Source: a candidate division CPR3 bacterium GWF2_35_18 (lineage in GTDB: Bacteria > Patescibacteriota > CPR3 > GWF2-35-18). Taken from it: a stretch of DNA of 64,000 nt. The DNA is taken from positions 136,719 through 200,718 of the forward strand of contig MESW01000003.1 of the NCBI GenBank assembly GCA_001771135.1. The letters run 5' to 3'. Below are positions 9,403 through 19,345 of the stretch, piece after piece (within the stretch, counting starts at the first letter, position 1; every line of letters starts with the position of its first letter). A program made the position numbers and the translations under genes. Below the pieces are notes generated by a model. The model ran no database searches and was not told the DNA's origin. It saw only the letters and a list, made by a program, of their open reading frames with translations.

Positions 9403-9957
9403 TTATTTTAGAAGGTCAAGATACTTTTTAATGAATTTGATTCTACTTGCTACAGTCATCTCTTTCACTCGAATAACTTTGTGTCCATACTTTTTGTAGC
9501 TTTCACCAATAAGCTCTCCGACTCTATAAGATGATTTATAATTTTCCATCCTTCCTGTATTGCTTCGAATATCGAAATTTTTAATAACATCACATAAAAA
9601 AACCAAATCATATTTATGTCTTGAAAATAAAGGTTTAATGACTTCCGGAACTTCAGCATTAACTAGTTTCAAATATCCTAAACTATCATGTAAACCTCGA
9701 TCGCAGAAAATTAAATTATCTTTTCCATTTTGAATCTCCGATTCTAACTTGAGGACCCGATTCGCAATTAAGCTCTGAAACTCACCGATATAACCACGTC
9801 GCCATTTTTTCATCGCCTTCATACCCATTTTTTCTGTTGTTTCATTAATAATCTGCATCGCCGCTTCCGGAATTGTCTGATAACCTTCTCTGGCAAAAGC
9901 TTCTATTAAGGTCGTCTTTCCAGCAAAAGTACCTCCGGTTATTACAATTTTTTTCAT
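9403..9957 (-). CDS. AAA_28/NadR-like P-loop ATPase or kinase
   Basis: ITGGTFAGKTT Walker A; PEAA; FCDRG. Confidence 0.8.
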   Translation of the reverse strand: MKKIVITGGTFAGKTTLIEAFAREGYQTIPEAAMQIINETTEKMGMKAMKKWRRGYIGEFQSLIANRVLKLESEIQNGKDNLIFCDRGLHDSLGYLKLVNAEVPEVIKPLFSRHKYDLVFLCDVIKNFDIRSNTGRMENYKSSYRVGELIGESYKKYGHKVIRVKEMTVASRIKFIKKYLDLLK

Positions 9958-11045
9958 AGTTTTTGATCAAAATTTATAGCTTTACCTTTACGTACAGCCC
10001 AATTATAATCGCGATCATAATACTGACCCAGTCTTTCTCCAGAATCTTTTAACAAGCTTAATTTAAAGTCACCATTACCTTGAACGTAGGTCATCCCTGG
10101 AATAGCTCTCCCATTCATAATGACTGGAGTACTAAAACGAGGAACTCTATCAGTTTCCGGAAGATCTAAATATTGAAGAACACCAGTCAATTCATGAACC
10201 ATCTCGATAACAGCTTCTTCAGCTGTTTGACCTTGAGTAGTAGTTGGATAAAAAACAAAATCCGCAAAATAAGGATTATCCCCTTGAAAATCCCACATTT
10301 TGTATTGATTCAAAGAAGATAATCTTCCACCTCTTTCTTGAATCTCTTTTCGAGTCGCAATTATTCTTCCTCCTTTAGCTTTCTTTTCCGTAAAGATTTC
10401 GTGTACGATTTTATTATCTTCGGCTTGAACCGCAAGAATAGCTTTTAGGACTTCTATTTTCCGTTCTGGTGGAACATCAAGATGAACTTTATAGGTATCT
10501 TTTTCTCCTTCATACAGAATATTCGCTTCTCTATCAGTTAAAACAAGATCTCTATCTTCACAGATTGCATCTAGTAATTTCCGGTCTTCGGGAATTTCAA
10601 AATATAATTGTGGCCAACCAAAGTAGTAATAGCCACCATTATGTTCTCCATATTTTTCCTCGTGAAATTTTGCCATTGATTGCAGATAAGCTTCAATTTC
10701 TCCAGAGGTTAAATCTTCAAAAGGAATTCTATCTAAAGCTCCATATTCTACACTATTTATACTATTAAATATTTCTCCTCTATCCGGAAATAACTGATCC
10801 ATTCTTTTCCTTTGATCTTCCTCAAGATTATCAAAAAATTGACGTCGTATATCATCTAAAGTTTGCGCCTCGGTAACGAAAGATCTTAATTGTTCCGGAT
10901 CATTGTTTCCAGATGACAAAAATTCGTCGAATGATTTTAATAATCTTGAAGAAGCCTCTAACATTTCTGGATATGTCAAATCTCGACATTCACGACCAAC
11001 CTTTAAATCAAGCTGTTGTCTGTCTTTGACTGCTACTTCAAACAT
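9954..11045 (-). CDS. hypothetical protein, possible OspF/lanthipeptide-lyase-like C-terminal domain
   Basis: 363 aa with AAGGAG RBS; motifs YKVHLDV, QYKMW, ADFVFY; function inferred only. Confidence 0.55.
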   Translation of the reverse strand: MFEVAVKDRQQLDLKVGRECRDLTYPEMLEASSRLLKSFDEFLSSGNNDPEQLRSFVTEAQTLDDIRRQFFDNLEEDQRKRMDQLFPDRGEIFNSINSVEYGALDRIPFEDLTSGEIEAYLQSMAKFHEEKYGEHNGGYYYFGWPQLYFEIPEDRKLLDAICEDRDLVLTDREANILYEGEKDTYKVHLDVPPERKIEVLKAILAVQAEDNKIVHEIFTEKKAKGGRIIATRKEIQERGGRLSSLNQYKMWDFQGDNPYFADFVFYPTTTQGQTAEEAVIEMVHELTGVLQYLDLPETDRVPRFSTPVIMNGRAIPGMTYVQGNGDFKLSLLKDSGERLGQYYDRDYNWAVRKGKAINFDQKL

Positions 11046-11059
11046 AAATACTCCTTCTC

Positions 11060-11959
11060 TTACATCTCTCTTAATTTTTTGATTCTTTCTTCAATAGGTG
11101 GATGGGTAGAAAATAGATTATTCATCGGACCCTTAAGATTTTTAAGAGGATTTACAATATATAGATGCGCGGTAGCTTTATTCGAAGCTTCAAGTGGCTC
11201 AGTATCACGAGATATCTTTTCAAGTGCGCTAGCTAGACCTTGAGGATAACGAGTAATCAAAGCTGCCGAAGCATCAGCAAGGTATTCTCGAGATCGTGAG
11301 ATGGCGAATTTAATCAGCTGCGCAATCAATGGAGACAATAGAGCTAAAACAATCGCGGCTATAGCGAAAATTGCCCCAAGTTGACCTCCTTCATCGGAAT
11401 TACGTCTTCTTCTCCCTCCTCCCCAAAACGAAAATCGCAAAAACCAATCAGACATCAGCGCTACTAAACCAACTAAAATTACTACTATTGACATCAAACG
11501 AATATCATAATTTTTGATATGAGAAAGTTCGTGGGCAATAACCCCTTCCAGTTCCAACTTTTCTAGCTTTTGCAAAAGACCGGTTGTCACACAAATAACT
11601 GCATGCTTCGGATCTCGTCCGGTGGCAAAAGCATTTGGAGCCGTATCATCTATAATATAGATACGCGGAAGAGGTAATCCAGCTCCGATGCATAGATTTT
11701 CAACCGTCGTAAAAAGCTGAAAATTATCTTCTTTTTGAATTTCATGAGCTTTAGAAAGCGCTAAAACAATTCTGTCAGAAAAGTAGTAGCTGAAAAAACT
11801 CATAAACCCTGAAAAGATTAAAGCAACTCCAGCATAGGAAAGTCCAGAGCCATTCACCTCTCCAAAGACATAAGAGATAACGGTGATAAACATGATAAAC
11901 AAAACCATTATTACCGCAGTTTTGACTTTATTTTCCTGAATTTCAGAATAGATAGTCAT
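11060..11959 (-). CDS. htpX: M48 zinc metalloprotease HtpX
   Basis: PNAFATGR, AHELSH, SREYLAD, FSTHPP. Confidence 0.93.
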   Translation of the reverse strand: MTIYSEIQENKVKTAVIMVLFIMFITVISYVFGEVNGSGLSYAGVALIFSGFMSFFSYYFSDRIVLALSKAHEIQKEDNFQLFTTVENLCIGAGLPLPRIYIIDDTAPNAFATGRDPKHAVICVTTGLLQKLEKLELEGVIAHELSHIKNYDIRLMSIVVILVGLVALMSDWFLRFSFWGGGRRRRNSDEGGQLGAIFAIAAIVLALLSPLIAQLIKFAISRSREYLADASAALITRYPQGLASALEKISRDTEPLEASNKATAHLYIVNPLKNLKGPMNNLFSTHPPIEERIKKLREM

Positions 11960-11990
11960 AATAATATTTCCTTAAATTCCATGTAAATCC

Positions 11991-12032
11991 GAAGAATCCC
12001 GTATGGATAACTATCATCCACCGGGATTCTTC
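11991..12032. other. intergenic hairpin between lemA and htpX
   Basis: GAAGAATCCCG/CGGGATTCTTC 11-bp stem with inner TGGAT/ATCCA; no U-tract. Confidence 0.6.
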
Positions 12033-12056
12033 AATACGTTTACAATAATTTATTAC

Positions 12057-12623
12057 TTATTTATTTTCTTCAGTAAACTTGACTTCAATGTCTTTTTTCT
12101 CTTCTTCAGTTGCTTCAAAGTATTCAACTTCTTTAAATCCCATGGTATTTGCAATTAAAACTGCTGGGAACACTTTGATCTTGGTATTAAAATCAAGAAC
12201 ATTAGAGTTATAGAATTGACGCGAGTAAGCAATTTTACTCTCGGTGTCTGTAAGCTCATCTTGTAGTTTTCCAAAGTTTTCGGAAGCTTTAAGTTCAGGG
12301 TAGTTCTCAGCCACAGCAAGAATTGATTTCAAAGCTCCTTCAAGCATATTATTGGCTTCAGCCGACTCTTTCGCTCCTTTGGCTCCCATCATCGCAGATC
12401 GCGCTTTGGTTACATTTTCAAAAACCTCTTTCTCATGCTTGGCATAACCTTTCACGGTTTCCACCAAATTAGGAATTAAACTAGAACGTCGCTTCAGTTG
12501 AACATCAATACCACTCCAAGCTTCTTCAATTCTTTGTTTTGCCATAACCAAAGAATTGTAAAGCCCCCAAATAAAGATAATAATAACGACGGGAATTCCG
12601 ATTATTAATAAAGTCCACCACAT
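12057..12623 (-). CDS. lemA: LemA family protein
   Basis: [37 protein letters not shown]. Confidence 0.95.
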   Translation of the reverse strand: MWWTLLIIGIPVVIIIFIWGLYNSLVMAKQRIEEAWSGIDVQLKRRSSLIPNLVETVKGYAKHEKEVFENVTKARSAMMGAKGAKESAEANNMLEGALKSILAVAENYPELKASENFGKLQDELTDTESKIAYSRQFYNSNVLDFNTKIKVFPAVLIANTMGFKEVEYFEATEEEKKDIEVKFTEENK

Positions 12624-12965
12624 ATATGAACCTCCTTAAATTTACAAATTTATATTCTTAGATTATACCAAATTACAATATTATGCAAATCCTGTCTATT
12701 CTATTTGCATTTTACGCAATTTTCACCTTAGTAGTCTACTTAATTTCAGGTTACGGAAGCCTTTCTGAAACATTTTCAAATATTTTTAAAATCATTTGGG
12801 TAATAAGAAAACATGTGCCCGGCTGAAAATTCGTAATCTCCTACACAAAAAACAGCATTTATATAGAATTTTCTATCTAACAAATTTATAATAAATAAAT
12901 TAGTTAAATTAACTAATAATTCTATCATACCTGAATTAAAAAATAATTTTATCTCGAACATATAG

Positions 12966-12994
12966 TTGACTATCGGTCTATCATTTGCTACATT
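12966..12994 (+). promoter_or_regulatory. promoter of tRNA-Asp
   Basis: TTGACT-17 nt-TACATT with extended TG. Confidence 0.6.
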
Positions 12995-13024
12995 TGGTTA
13001 GCATCAGAATAACTGTTTTGATAT

Positions 13025-13101
13025 GGACCCGTGGTGTAGCGGCCTAACATGTCACCCTGTCACGGTGAAGATCGCCGGTTCGAATCCGGTCGGGTCCGCC
13101 A
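13025..13101 (+). tRNA. tRNA-Asp(GTC)
   Basis: Cloverleaf; anticodon loop CTGTCAC; GGTTCGAATCC; encoded CCA. Confidence 0.97.
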
Positions 13102-13187
13102 GTTATTCTTTAAACAAACTTCTAACAATTACTTGTCACTGTTTAGAACAAATGATTTTCGAATTTATGATTTAATATCGGAAGGGG

Positions 13188-13901
13188 GTGAATAACTTTT
13201 TAAGTGTAGATACTGCCGCCAATTCCCCATCTACAACAAAATCCATTATGAGTATTATTGATAATATTAAAAATTCAGAATTCTGGAAATCTTCAGAATC
13301 ACGAGCTGCGATATTTGTTACTGGAATTCTAGTCGTAATCGCCATTTTTCTAGTCTTTAACTACTATCAGAAAACAAACAATACTGAAAACGAAATCGGA
13401 CAAACGACTAATGAAAGTACAAATACTGAAGAAAGTGAATCCACTTCTACAGAAAACGCAAAGGATACAACAAACACTGAAGAAACCAATGCTTACATCG
13501 TCAAAGAAGGTGACACTCTCTGGAGTATCGCTGAAAATGAATTAAAAGATCCTTACCGCTGGACGGAATTAAAAGATTTGAATGAAATGACTTCTTCCGA
13601 AGTAGAACCAGGTCAGATGCTGATTTTACCAAGTCAAACTACAGATAGTACTAAAACTCAGGAAGTTGCCAAAAAAGATACGGAAAATACTGGTGAGGTT
13701 CTCTCTGATACGACTTCAAAAGAAACTCCAGCAACTTATACTGTTCAAGCCGGTGACACTCTCTGGGATATTGCTGAAAAAGTCTATGGAAATCCATATG
13801 AATGGACAAAGATTTTTGATGCTAACGAATTAGGAAGATTGCCAAATGGGAATGTCCTTATTCATCGCGGAAACGTACTTGTGATTCCAGCATTGAATTA
13901 G
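13188..13901 (+). CDS. membrane-anchored protein with two LysM domains
   Basis: YIVKEGDTLWSIA and YTVQAGDTLWDIA; TM helix; T/E-rich linkers; start may be ATG 13248. Confidence 0.9.
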   Translation: MNNFLSVDTAANSPSTTKSIMSIIDNIKNSEFWKSSESRAAIFVTGILVVIAIFLVFNYYQKTNNTENEIGQTTNESTNTEESESTSTENAKDTTNTEETNAYIVKEGDTLWSIAENELKDPYRWTELKDLNEMTSSEVEPGQMLILPSQTTDSTKTQEVAKKDTENTGEVLSDTTSKETPATYTVQAGDTLWDIAEKVYGNPYEWTKIFDANELGRLPNGNVLIHRGNVLVIPALN

Positions 13902-13981
13902 TCAGTAGCAGTAATCTACAAAGATGTATGAATACTTTTAAACTCGTTATTTTAATGAGTTGGGTTGTATTGTAAAAAATC

Positions 13982-14055
13982 GCGGGTGTGGTTAAGTGGT
14001 ATAATGCGACCTTCCCAAGGTTGAGTCACGGGTCCGATTCCCGTCACCCGCTCCA
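13982..14055 (+). tRNA. tRNA-Gly(CCC)
   Basis: GCGGGTG/CACCCGC acceptor stem, U73, CCA; anticodon loop TTCCCAA; T-loop TCCGATT. Confidence 0.93.
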
Positions 14056-14086
14056 TATGATAATTAAATACAGAAACATATATTAT

Positions 14087-14440
14087 ATGAAGCTTTTACC
14101 ACTAAAACCAACAATAAAATTTGACGATCTTGAAAAGATAGACATTCGTGTAGGTACTATTGAAAAAGTTGAAAATATCGATAATTCAGATAAACTAGCT
14201 AGGTTAATTGTTAATTTTGGGGATTTTAAGCGAACTATTTTGGTTGGAATGAAGAAAGAACGAGAAAATCTCAAAGAGATTGAAGGAAAACAATCTTTGT
14301 TTGTAGTTAACCTAAAACCCAAAAAGATGATGGGTGAACTATCTGAAGGAATGATGTTTGATATCGGATACTCAAACGAAATTATTCCAGTCTTAGCAAT
14401 GCCAGAAAAACAAGTTCCTGATGGAGTAAATGCAGGTTAG
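14087..14440 (+). CDS. tRNA-binding OB-fold protein (Trbp111/CsaA/MetRS C-terminal-like)
   Basis: KIDIRVGTI, NLKPKKMMGELSEGM; start moved to ATG 14087 because the track start lies inside the tRNA. Confidence 0.88.
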   Translation: MKLLPLKPTIKFDDLEKIDIRVGTIEKVENIDNSDKLARLIVNFGDFKRTILVGMKKERENLKEIEGKQSLFVVNLKPKKMMGELSEGMMFDIGYSNEIIPVLAMPEKQVPDGVNAG

Positions 14441-14700
14441 ATTTGTTTCTGTGTGGCTAAAACAGATAACCATCTATTATTTTTGTGCTACCAACTTCCT
14501 AAAAAGATGTATGCTCAGTATTTCTAGAAACAGAAAAGAATTTATTTTCTCAAAATAGTTATTAAAAACATTTAGTAGATATAATTTGAAACAATCATCT
14601 AGATCCGAACCAATTACGATATTCAGATCCAGGAAAAAATCACCAGAGCTGCCTTTTCAGATTTGTTAATTTTAATTGTTTTATTAAACTAAAAACCACT

Positions 14701-16137
14701 ATGAATTATAATTTTGAAGAAAATAAAGTAATTTTTTCAACAGATAAAAATTCAAAACCCCAAACTCAGATTCAACCACAAGCGAATTTCATGACTCAAA
14801 AACCTGAATTTGATGTGATTATTCTCGGAGCAGGACCAGCCGGACTCTTTGCCGCCTATGAACTAACTAAACTTCAACCTAATCTCAAGGTACTAATTAT
14901 TGAACGCGGAAACTCAATTGAGACAAGAAAACCAGGAGAAACAGTCTGTGGAGTGGGAGGCTCAGGAACTTTTTCCGATGGAAAACTGCATTTTACTCCA
15001 GTTCTTTCACACGAAAAATTACTTGATATCTTTACCATAGCTGAATATCAGCAACAAATTAATTATGTCGATCAGCTCTTTACCGATTTTGGTGTCACCT
15101 CTGCCTACACTCCAGATAATATGGAAGAAGCTGAAGAACTCGTAAAAAATTGTCAGAGACAAGGAATTCACCTTTATATACGTAAATGCCGTCATGTTGG
15201 GACTGATTTTTTACCAAAAGTAATTGCCAATATGGTTAAAATATTGGAAGAAAAAGGGGTAAAAATTCTTTGTAACACCAAAGTCGAAGAAATTTTAACT
15301 AAAAATCAAACGGTTATCGGTCTAAAAACTGAAGATAAAGTTTACGGAGCATCTAAATATCTGATTGCTCCAGGAAGAATTGGCACTAGTTGGCTACAAA
15401 AACAGGCGGTAAAAATTGGTCTTCATTATTCATACCAAAAAGTGGAGATTGGCGTTCGAGTAGAATTTCCCGCCTCGATAATGGAAGAACATTCCGATAT
15501 TCTACATGAAAACATTTACAGTATCAAAACTCCCACTTTTGATGATACTGTTCGGAATTTTTGTCCTTGTCCATACGGTTATGTGGCTGTGGAAGATTAT
15601 GGCGATTATGTTTGTGTGAATGGCCATAGTAATTCACAAAAACGTTCTCCCAATTCAAACTTTGATCTCACAACCGAAGTCCAGCTTACGGAACCGGTTG
15701 AAAATACGACTGATTACGCTATAGAAATTGCCAAAATAACAACCACAATTGGCGGAGGAAAACCATTAATTCAAAGATTAACAGACCTAAAATCAGGAAG
15801 ACGTAGCACCTGGAGTAGAATCAACAAAAGCTTTACACAGCCTACACTCAAAGAAGCTACTCCTGGAGATATTGCTATGGCGTTACCATATCGAGTAGTC
15901 AAAAACCTACTCGAAGGATTAGAAATACTAGATAGAGTTCTTCCAGGACTCAATAATAGCTCTACTTTGTTATACGCACCAGAGGTGAAACTACGTGGAA
16001 ACAGAATAAAAATTAATCGTAATATGCAAACCGAAATTCCAAATCTGTATGTAGCTGGAGACGGAGCTGGTACTTCTGGAAACATTGTCGGAGCAGCTAT
16101 TTCTGGAATCTTTGCCGCTAAAGGAATACTTTCCTAA
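14701..16137 (+). CDS. FAD-dependent oxidoreductase (COG2509-like)
   Basis: GAGPAG, GGSGTFSDGKL, FCPCPYG, VNGHS, LLYAPEVK, VAGDGAG. Confidence 0.85.
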   Translation: MNYNFEENKVIFSTDKNSKPQTQIQPQANFMTQKPEFDVIILGAGPAGLFAAYELTKLQPNLKVLIIERGNSIETRKPGETVCGVGGSGTFSDGKLHFTPVLSHEKLLDIFTIAEYQQQINYVDQLFTDFGVTSAYTPDNMEEAEELVKNCQRQGIHLYIRKCRHVGTDFLPKVIANMVKILEEKGVKILCNTKVEEILTKNQTVIGLKTEDKVYGASKYLIAPGRIGTSWLQKQAVKIGLHYSYQKVEIGVRVEFPASIMEEHSDILHENIYSIKTPTFDDTVRNFCPCPYGYVAVEDYGDYVCVNGHSNSQKRSPNSNFDLTTEVQLTEPVENTTDYAIEIAKITTTIGGGKPLIQRLTDLKSGRRSTWSRINKSFTQPTLKEATPGDIAMALPYRVVKNLLEGLEILDRVLPGLNNSSTLLYAPEVKLRGNRIKINRNMQTEIPNLYVAGDGAGTSGNIVGAAISGIFAAKGILS

Positions 16138-16150
16138 AAAATTCAAAATC

Positions 16151-16179
16151 TTGACAAAATTACCATATTATTCTAAACT
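16151..16179 (+). promoter_or_regulatory. promoter of Rrf2-suf operon
   Basis: TTGACA-17 nt-TAAACT; a second TATAAT at 16192-16197. Confidence 0.6.
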
Positions 16180-16206
16180 ATTACCCGTAGTATAATTGTT
16201 AAAACT

Positions 16207-16608
16207 ATGTTTAATATTACAAAACAAACTGATTATGCCCTCGTTGCAGTTGCAAATCTAAGAGATAAAAAGGAGCTTGTTCCGCTTTCTTTCCTTGTTG
16301 AAAAAACTCATATGCCTCGTCGTTTTTTGGCTAGGATTACGGCCGAGCTAGTAAAAAATAAAATTCTCATAAGCAAAGAAGGAAAAACCGGTGGCTATCG
16401 ATTAGCCAAAGAACCTAAAGATATCATTCTTTACGACTTTATGAGTATCTTTGAAAAAGATTTAAGCGTAATTTGTTGCCATATCGAAAAAGGTGTCTGC
16501 AAATGCAAAACTTCTTGTCATCATAAGGATTTTTTTCAACAGAATTTAAGTGCTATTTTTGTTAATCAACTAAAAAAAATCACTCTTGAAGATGTCTTCA
16601 AAAACTAA
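16207..16608 (+). CDS. Rrf2 family regulator (IscR-like)
   Basis: TDYAL, GKTGGYRLAK, Cys cluster CC-x6-C-x-C-x3-C; first gene of the suf operon. Confidence 0.9.
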   Translation: MFNITKQTDYALVAVANLRDKKELVPLSFLVEKTHMPRRFLARITAELVKNKILISKEGKTGGYRLAKEPKDIILYDFMSIFEKDLSVICCHIEKGVCKCKTSCHHKDFFQQNLSAIFVNQLKKITLEDVFKN

Positions 16609-16614
16609 ACTAAT

Positions 16615-17334
16615 ATGAATAACATTATTTTATCGCTAAAAAATTTAACTGTTTCTATTAAAGATAAAAAGATCTTAAATAGCATCAACCTCGATCTTGA
16701 AAAGGGAAAAATCTACGCCATTATGGGACCAAACGGTTGTGGAAAATCTACTTTGGCAAATGCGATCTTAGGCCATCCTAGCTATGAAATACATGAAGAA
16801 TCAAAAATCGTTTTTAATCAAAAAGATATTAATAAGTTAACCACTGACAAAAGAGTCAATGAAGGGTTATTTCTAACCTTTCAAACTCCACTAGCATTAA
16901 CCGGAGTCAGTATCTTTGAGCTTTTAAAACAAGCCCAACCAAACAAAGAACTTCATAAAATCTCTGAAGAAGTACACAACTACGCCAAAGAGTTAAAGGT
17001 AAATGAAGAACTCTTATTCCGATCTTTAAATCAAAATGCTTCCGGAGGAGAACGTAAAAAATTAGAGCTCCTTCAAGCTGCAGTTCTAAAACCGAAGCTA
17101 ATAATTTTTGATGAAATTGATACCGGTGTTGATGTTGATGCTCTTAAGGACATTGCTTCTTTTATGAATAAATATCAAAAGGATACCACCTATGTCATTA
17201 TTACGCATTACAATCGAATTTTAAAACATGTAAATCCAGACAAAGTGATCGTTTTAGAAAATGGAAAAATAACAAGGCAAGGAAAAGCCAATCTTGCTAT
17301 AGAAATTGAAGATAAAGGTTATGGGAATAATTAA
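16615..17334 (+). CDS. sufC: Fe-S assembly ATPase
   Basis: MGPNGCGKSTL, SGGERKKLE, DEIDTGVDVD, ITHYNRIL. Confidence 0.95.
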   Translation: MNNIILSLKNLTVSIKDKKILNSINLDLEKGKIYAIMGPNGCGKSTLANAILGHPSYEIHEESKIVFNQKDINKLTTDKRVNEGLFLTFQTPLALTGVSIFELLKQAQPNKELHKISEEVHNYAKELKVNEELLFRSLNQNASGGERKKLELLQAAVLKPKLIIFDEIDTGVDVDALKDIASFMNKYQKDTTYVIITHYNRILKHVNPDKVIVLENGKITRQGKANLAIEIEDKGYGNN

Positions 17335-17336
17335 AA

Positions 17337-18734
17337 ATGCCTACTAGTCCCAAATTAGATGTACAACAACTTCATATTTCTCCTGTTTCATATGATTACA
17401 AATATCAAACTCCAAAAGGATTGAATGAAAAGATCGTTGCCCAAATATCTGCAAAAAAAGAAGAACCAACCTGGATGACAGACTTTAGGTTAAAAGCCTA
17501 TCAGATATTCCGAAATAAAAAACTTCCCACCTGGGGAGCGGACCTAACCGATATTGATTTTGAAAACATCACCTATTATCTCTCTTCGACAGATAATATC
17601 GCCAGAACTTGGGATGACGTACCCGATAATATAAAAAAAACCTATGATACTTTAGGGATTCCGCAAGCCGAGAAAGACTATCTTTCCGGAGTTTCCGCTC
17701 AATTCGAATCGGAAATTGTTTATGAAGGAATAAAAAAAGACCTGGAGAAACAGGGCATTGTATTTTTGGATACTGGTACGGCTTTGAAAAAATATCCTCA
17801 GATTTTTAAGGAACACTTTGCCAAGGTAATCCCTCCTGGAGATAATACTTTTGCGGCACTAAATTCAGCCGTTTGGTCTGGTGGTTCTTTTATCTATATT
17901 CCTAAAGGAGTCCACGTTAAGCTTCCTCTTCAAGCTTTCTTTCTAATCAACGCTAAAAATGTTGGTCAATTTGAACGCACTTTGATAGTTGCGGATGAAG
18001 GAAGTTTTGTCCATTACGTAGAAGGCTGTACGGCACCAACCTACTCTACTTCTTCTTTGCATGCCGCGGTTGTGGAAGTCTTTGTGAAGAAAAATGCTCG
18101 GGTGCGCTACACAACGATCCAAAACTGGAGTAAAAATGTTTATAATTTAACCACTAAACGAGCTTGGGTAGAAGAAAACGGAATTATGGAATGGGTTGAT
18201 GCCAATATCGGCTCAAAGGTAACTATGAAATATCCGGCCTGTATTCTGGCTGGTGAAGGGGCAAAAGGACAAATTTTATCTTTAGCTTACGCCAATGGTT
18301 CACAACATCAGGATACTGGTGCCAAAATGACTCATCTGGCTCCAAATACCTCTTCTCAGATTATTTCAAAATCGATTTCAAAATCTGGAGGACACTGTTC
18401 CTATCGTGGACTTGTTTCAGTTTCTCCAAAAGCCAAGAATTCCTCAGTACATGTAAGCTGTGATGCCCTGCTTTTAGACGAAGATTCTCGATCTGACACC
18501 TATCCGGTCATGAAAATCAATCAAAAAGATACTACTGTTCAACATGAGGCTACTGTGGAAAAAATCGGAGAAGAAAAACTTTTTTATATGGCGTCCCGTG
18601 GAATCAAAAAATCTGAAGCAGAATCAATGCTTGTAAACGGATTTATTGATCCAATTGTCAAAGAAATTCCCTTAGAATATGCCATTGAGATGAACCGTCT
18701 TATCAATCTGGAAATGGAAGGTAGTGTAGGTTAA
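17337..18734 (+). CDS. sufB: Fe-S assembly scaffold
   Basis: FAALNSAVWSGGSF, GQFERTLI, YVEGCTAP, HEATVEKI. Confidence 0.97.
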   Translation: MPTSPKLDVQQLHISPVSYDYKYQTPKGLNEKIVAQISAKKEEPTWMTDFRLKAYQIFRNKKLPTWGADLTDIDFENITYYLSSTDNIARTWDDVPDNIKKTYDTLGIPQAEKDYLSGVSAQFESEIVYEGIKKDLEKQGIVFLDTGTALKKYPQIFKEHFAKVIPPGDNTFAALNSAVWSGGSFIYIPKGVHVKLPLQAFFLINAKNVGQFERTLIVADEGSFVHYVEGCTAPTYSTSSLHAAVVEVFVKKNARVRYTTIQNWSKNVYNLTTKRAWVEENGIMEWVDANIGSKVTMKYPACILAGEGAKGQILSLAYANGSQHQDTGAKMTHLAPNTSSQIISKSISKSGGHCSYRGLVSVSPKAKNSSVHVSCDALLLDEDSRSDTYPVMKINQKDTTVQHEATVEKIGEEKLFYMASRGIKKSEAESMLVNGFIDPIVKEIPLEYAIEMNRLINLEMEGSVG

Positions 18735-18735
18735 A

Positions 18736-19341
18736 ATGAATTATTTTATTGATCTTAACAAATCTAAACAAAAGATAATAACGCTACATAAGCATGGAAT
18801 TTATACCATTTTCTTTTTTAATTATAATGGACAACTAACTGTGCAGATTGAGAATAAAGATATTGAGGTTAATCTACTGGGGATTTATATTGGTAAAAAC
18901 AGCGAGAACTTCAACCTCGAAACAACTCAACGTCACAAAGTCGGAAGTAATAGCTCGAACTTACTCGTAAAAGGCGTCTTTTTTGACGAATCCCATTTTG
19001 ATTATAAAGGTCTTATCAAAATTGATAAAAACTCCCAAAAATCGCATGCATATCAGAAAAATCAAAATTTGATATTAGGAGATGCTGCTCATATTAGCTC
19101 CAATCCATTCTTGGAAATTGAAGCTAATGATGTCTTTTGCACCCACGGGTCAACCACCGGGAGATTATCAAAAGATCAGCTGAACTATCTTGAAAACCGT
19201 GGAATAGATAAAAAGAAAGGAGAAAAGCTAATAATCCATGGTTTTATAAATGAAGTTTTTGATATAATGAAAACTTCGAAAGTAGAAACAAAAATTATTG
19301 AATATTATCAAAATAAAACTCAATCTTTTTTAGCTAATTAA
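18736..19341 (+). CDS. sufD: SufD (short form)
   Basis: PFLEIEANDVFCTHGSTTG; operon position. Confidence 0.88.
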   Translation: MNYFIDLNKSKQKIITLHKHGIYTIFFFNYNGQLTVQIENKDIEVNLLGIYIGKNSENFNLETTQRHKVGSNSSNLLVKGVFFDESHFDYKGLIKIDKNSQKSHAYQKNQNLILGDAAHISSNPFLEIEANDVFCTHGSTTGRLSKDQLNYLENRGIDKKKGEKLIIHGFINEVFDIMKTSKVETKIIEYYQNKTQSFLAN

Positions 19342-19345
19342 TCTT

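Noticed and set aside
12776-12961. 61-aa ORF in the AT-rich lemA/tRNA-Asp spacer
   Set aside because: Low-complexity AT-rich frame between divergent promoters; no motif.
13988-14086. Track start for the tRNA-binding protein
   Set aside because: It begins inside tRNA-Gly; ATG 14087 is more plausible.
14580-14700. Possible riboswitch before the FAD oxidoreductase (repeated AGATCC)
   Set aside because: No convincing stems, aptamer consensus or terminator.
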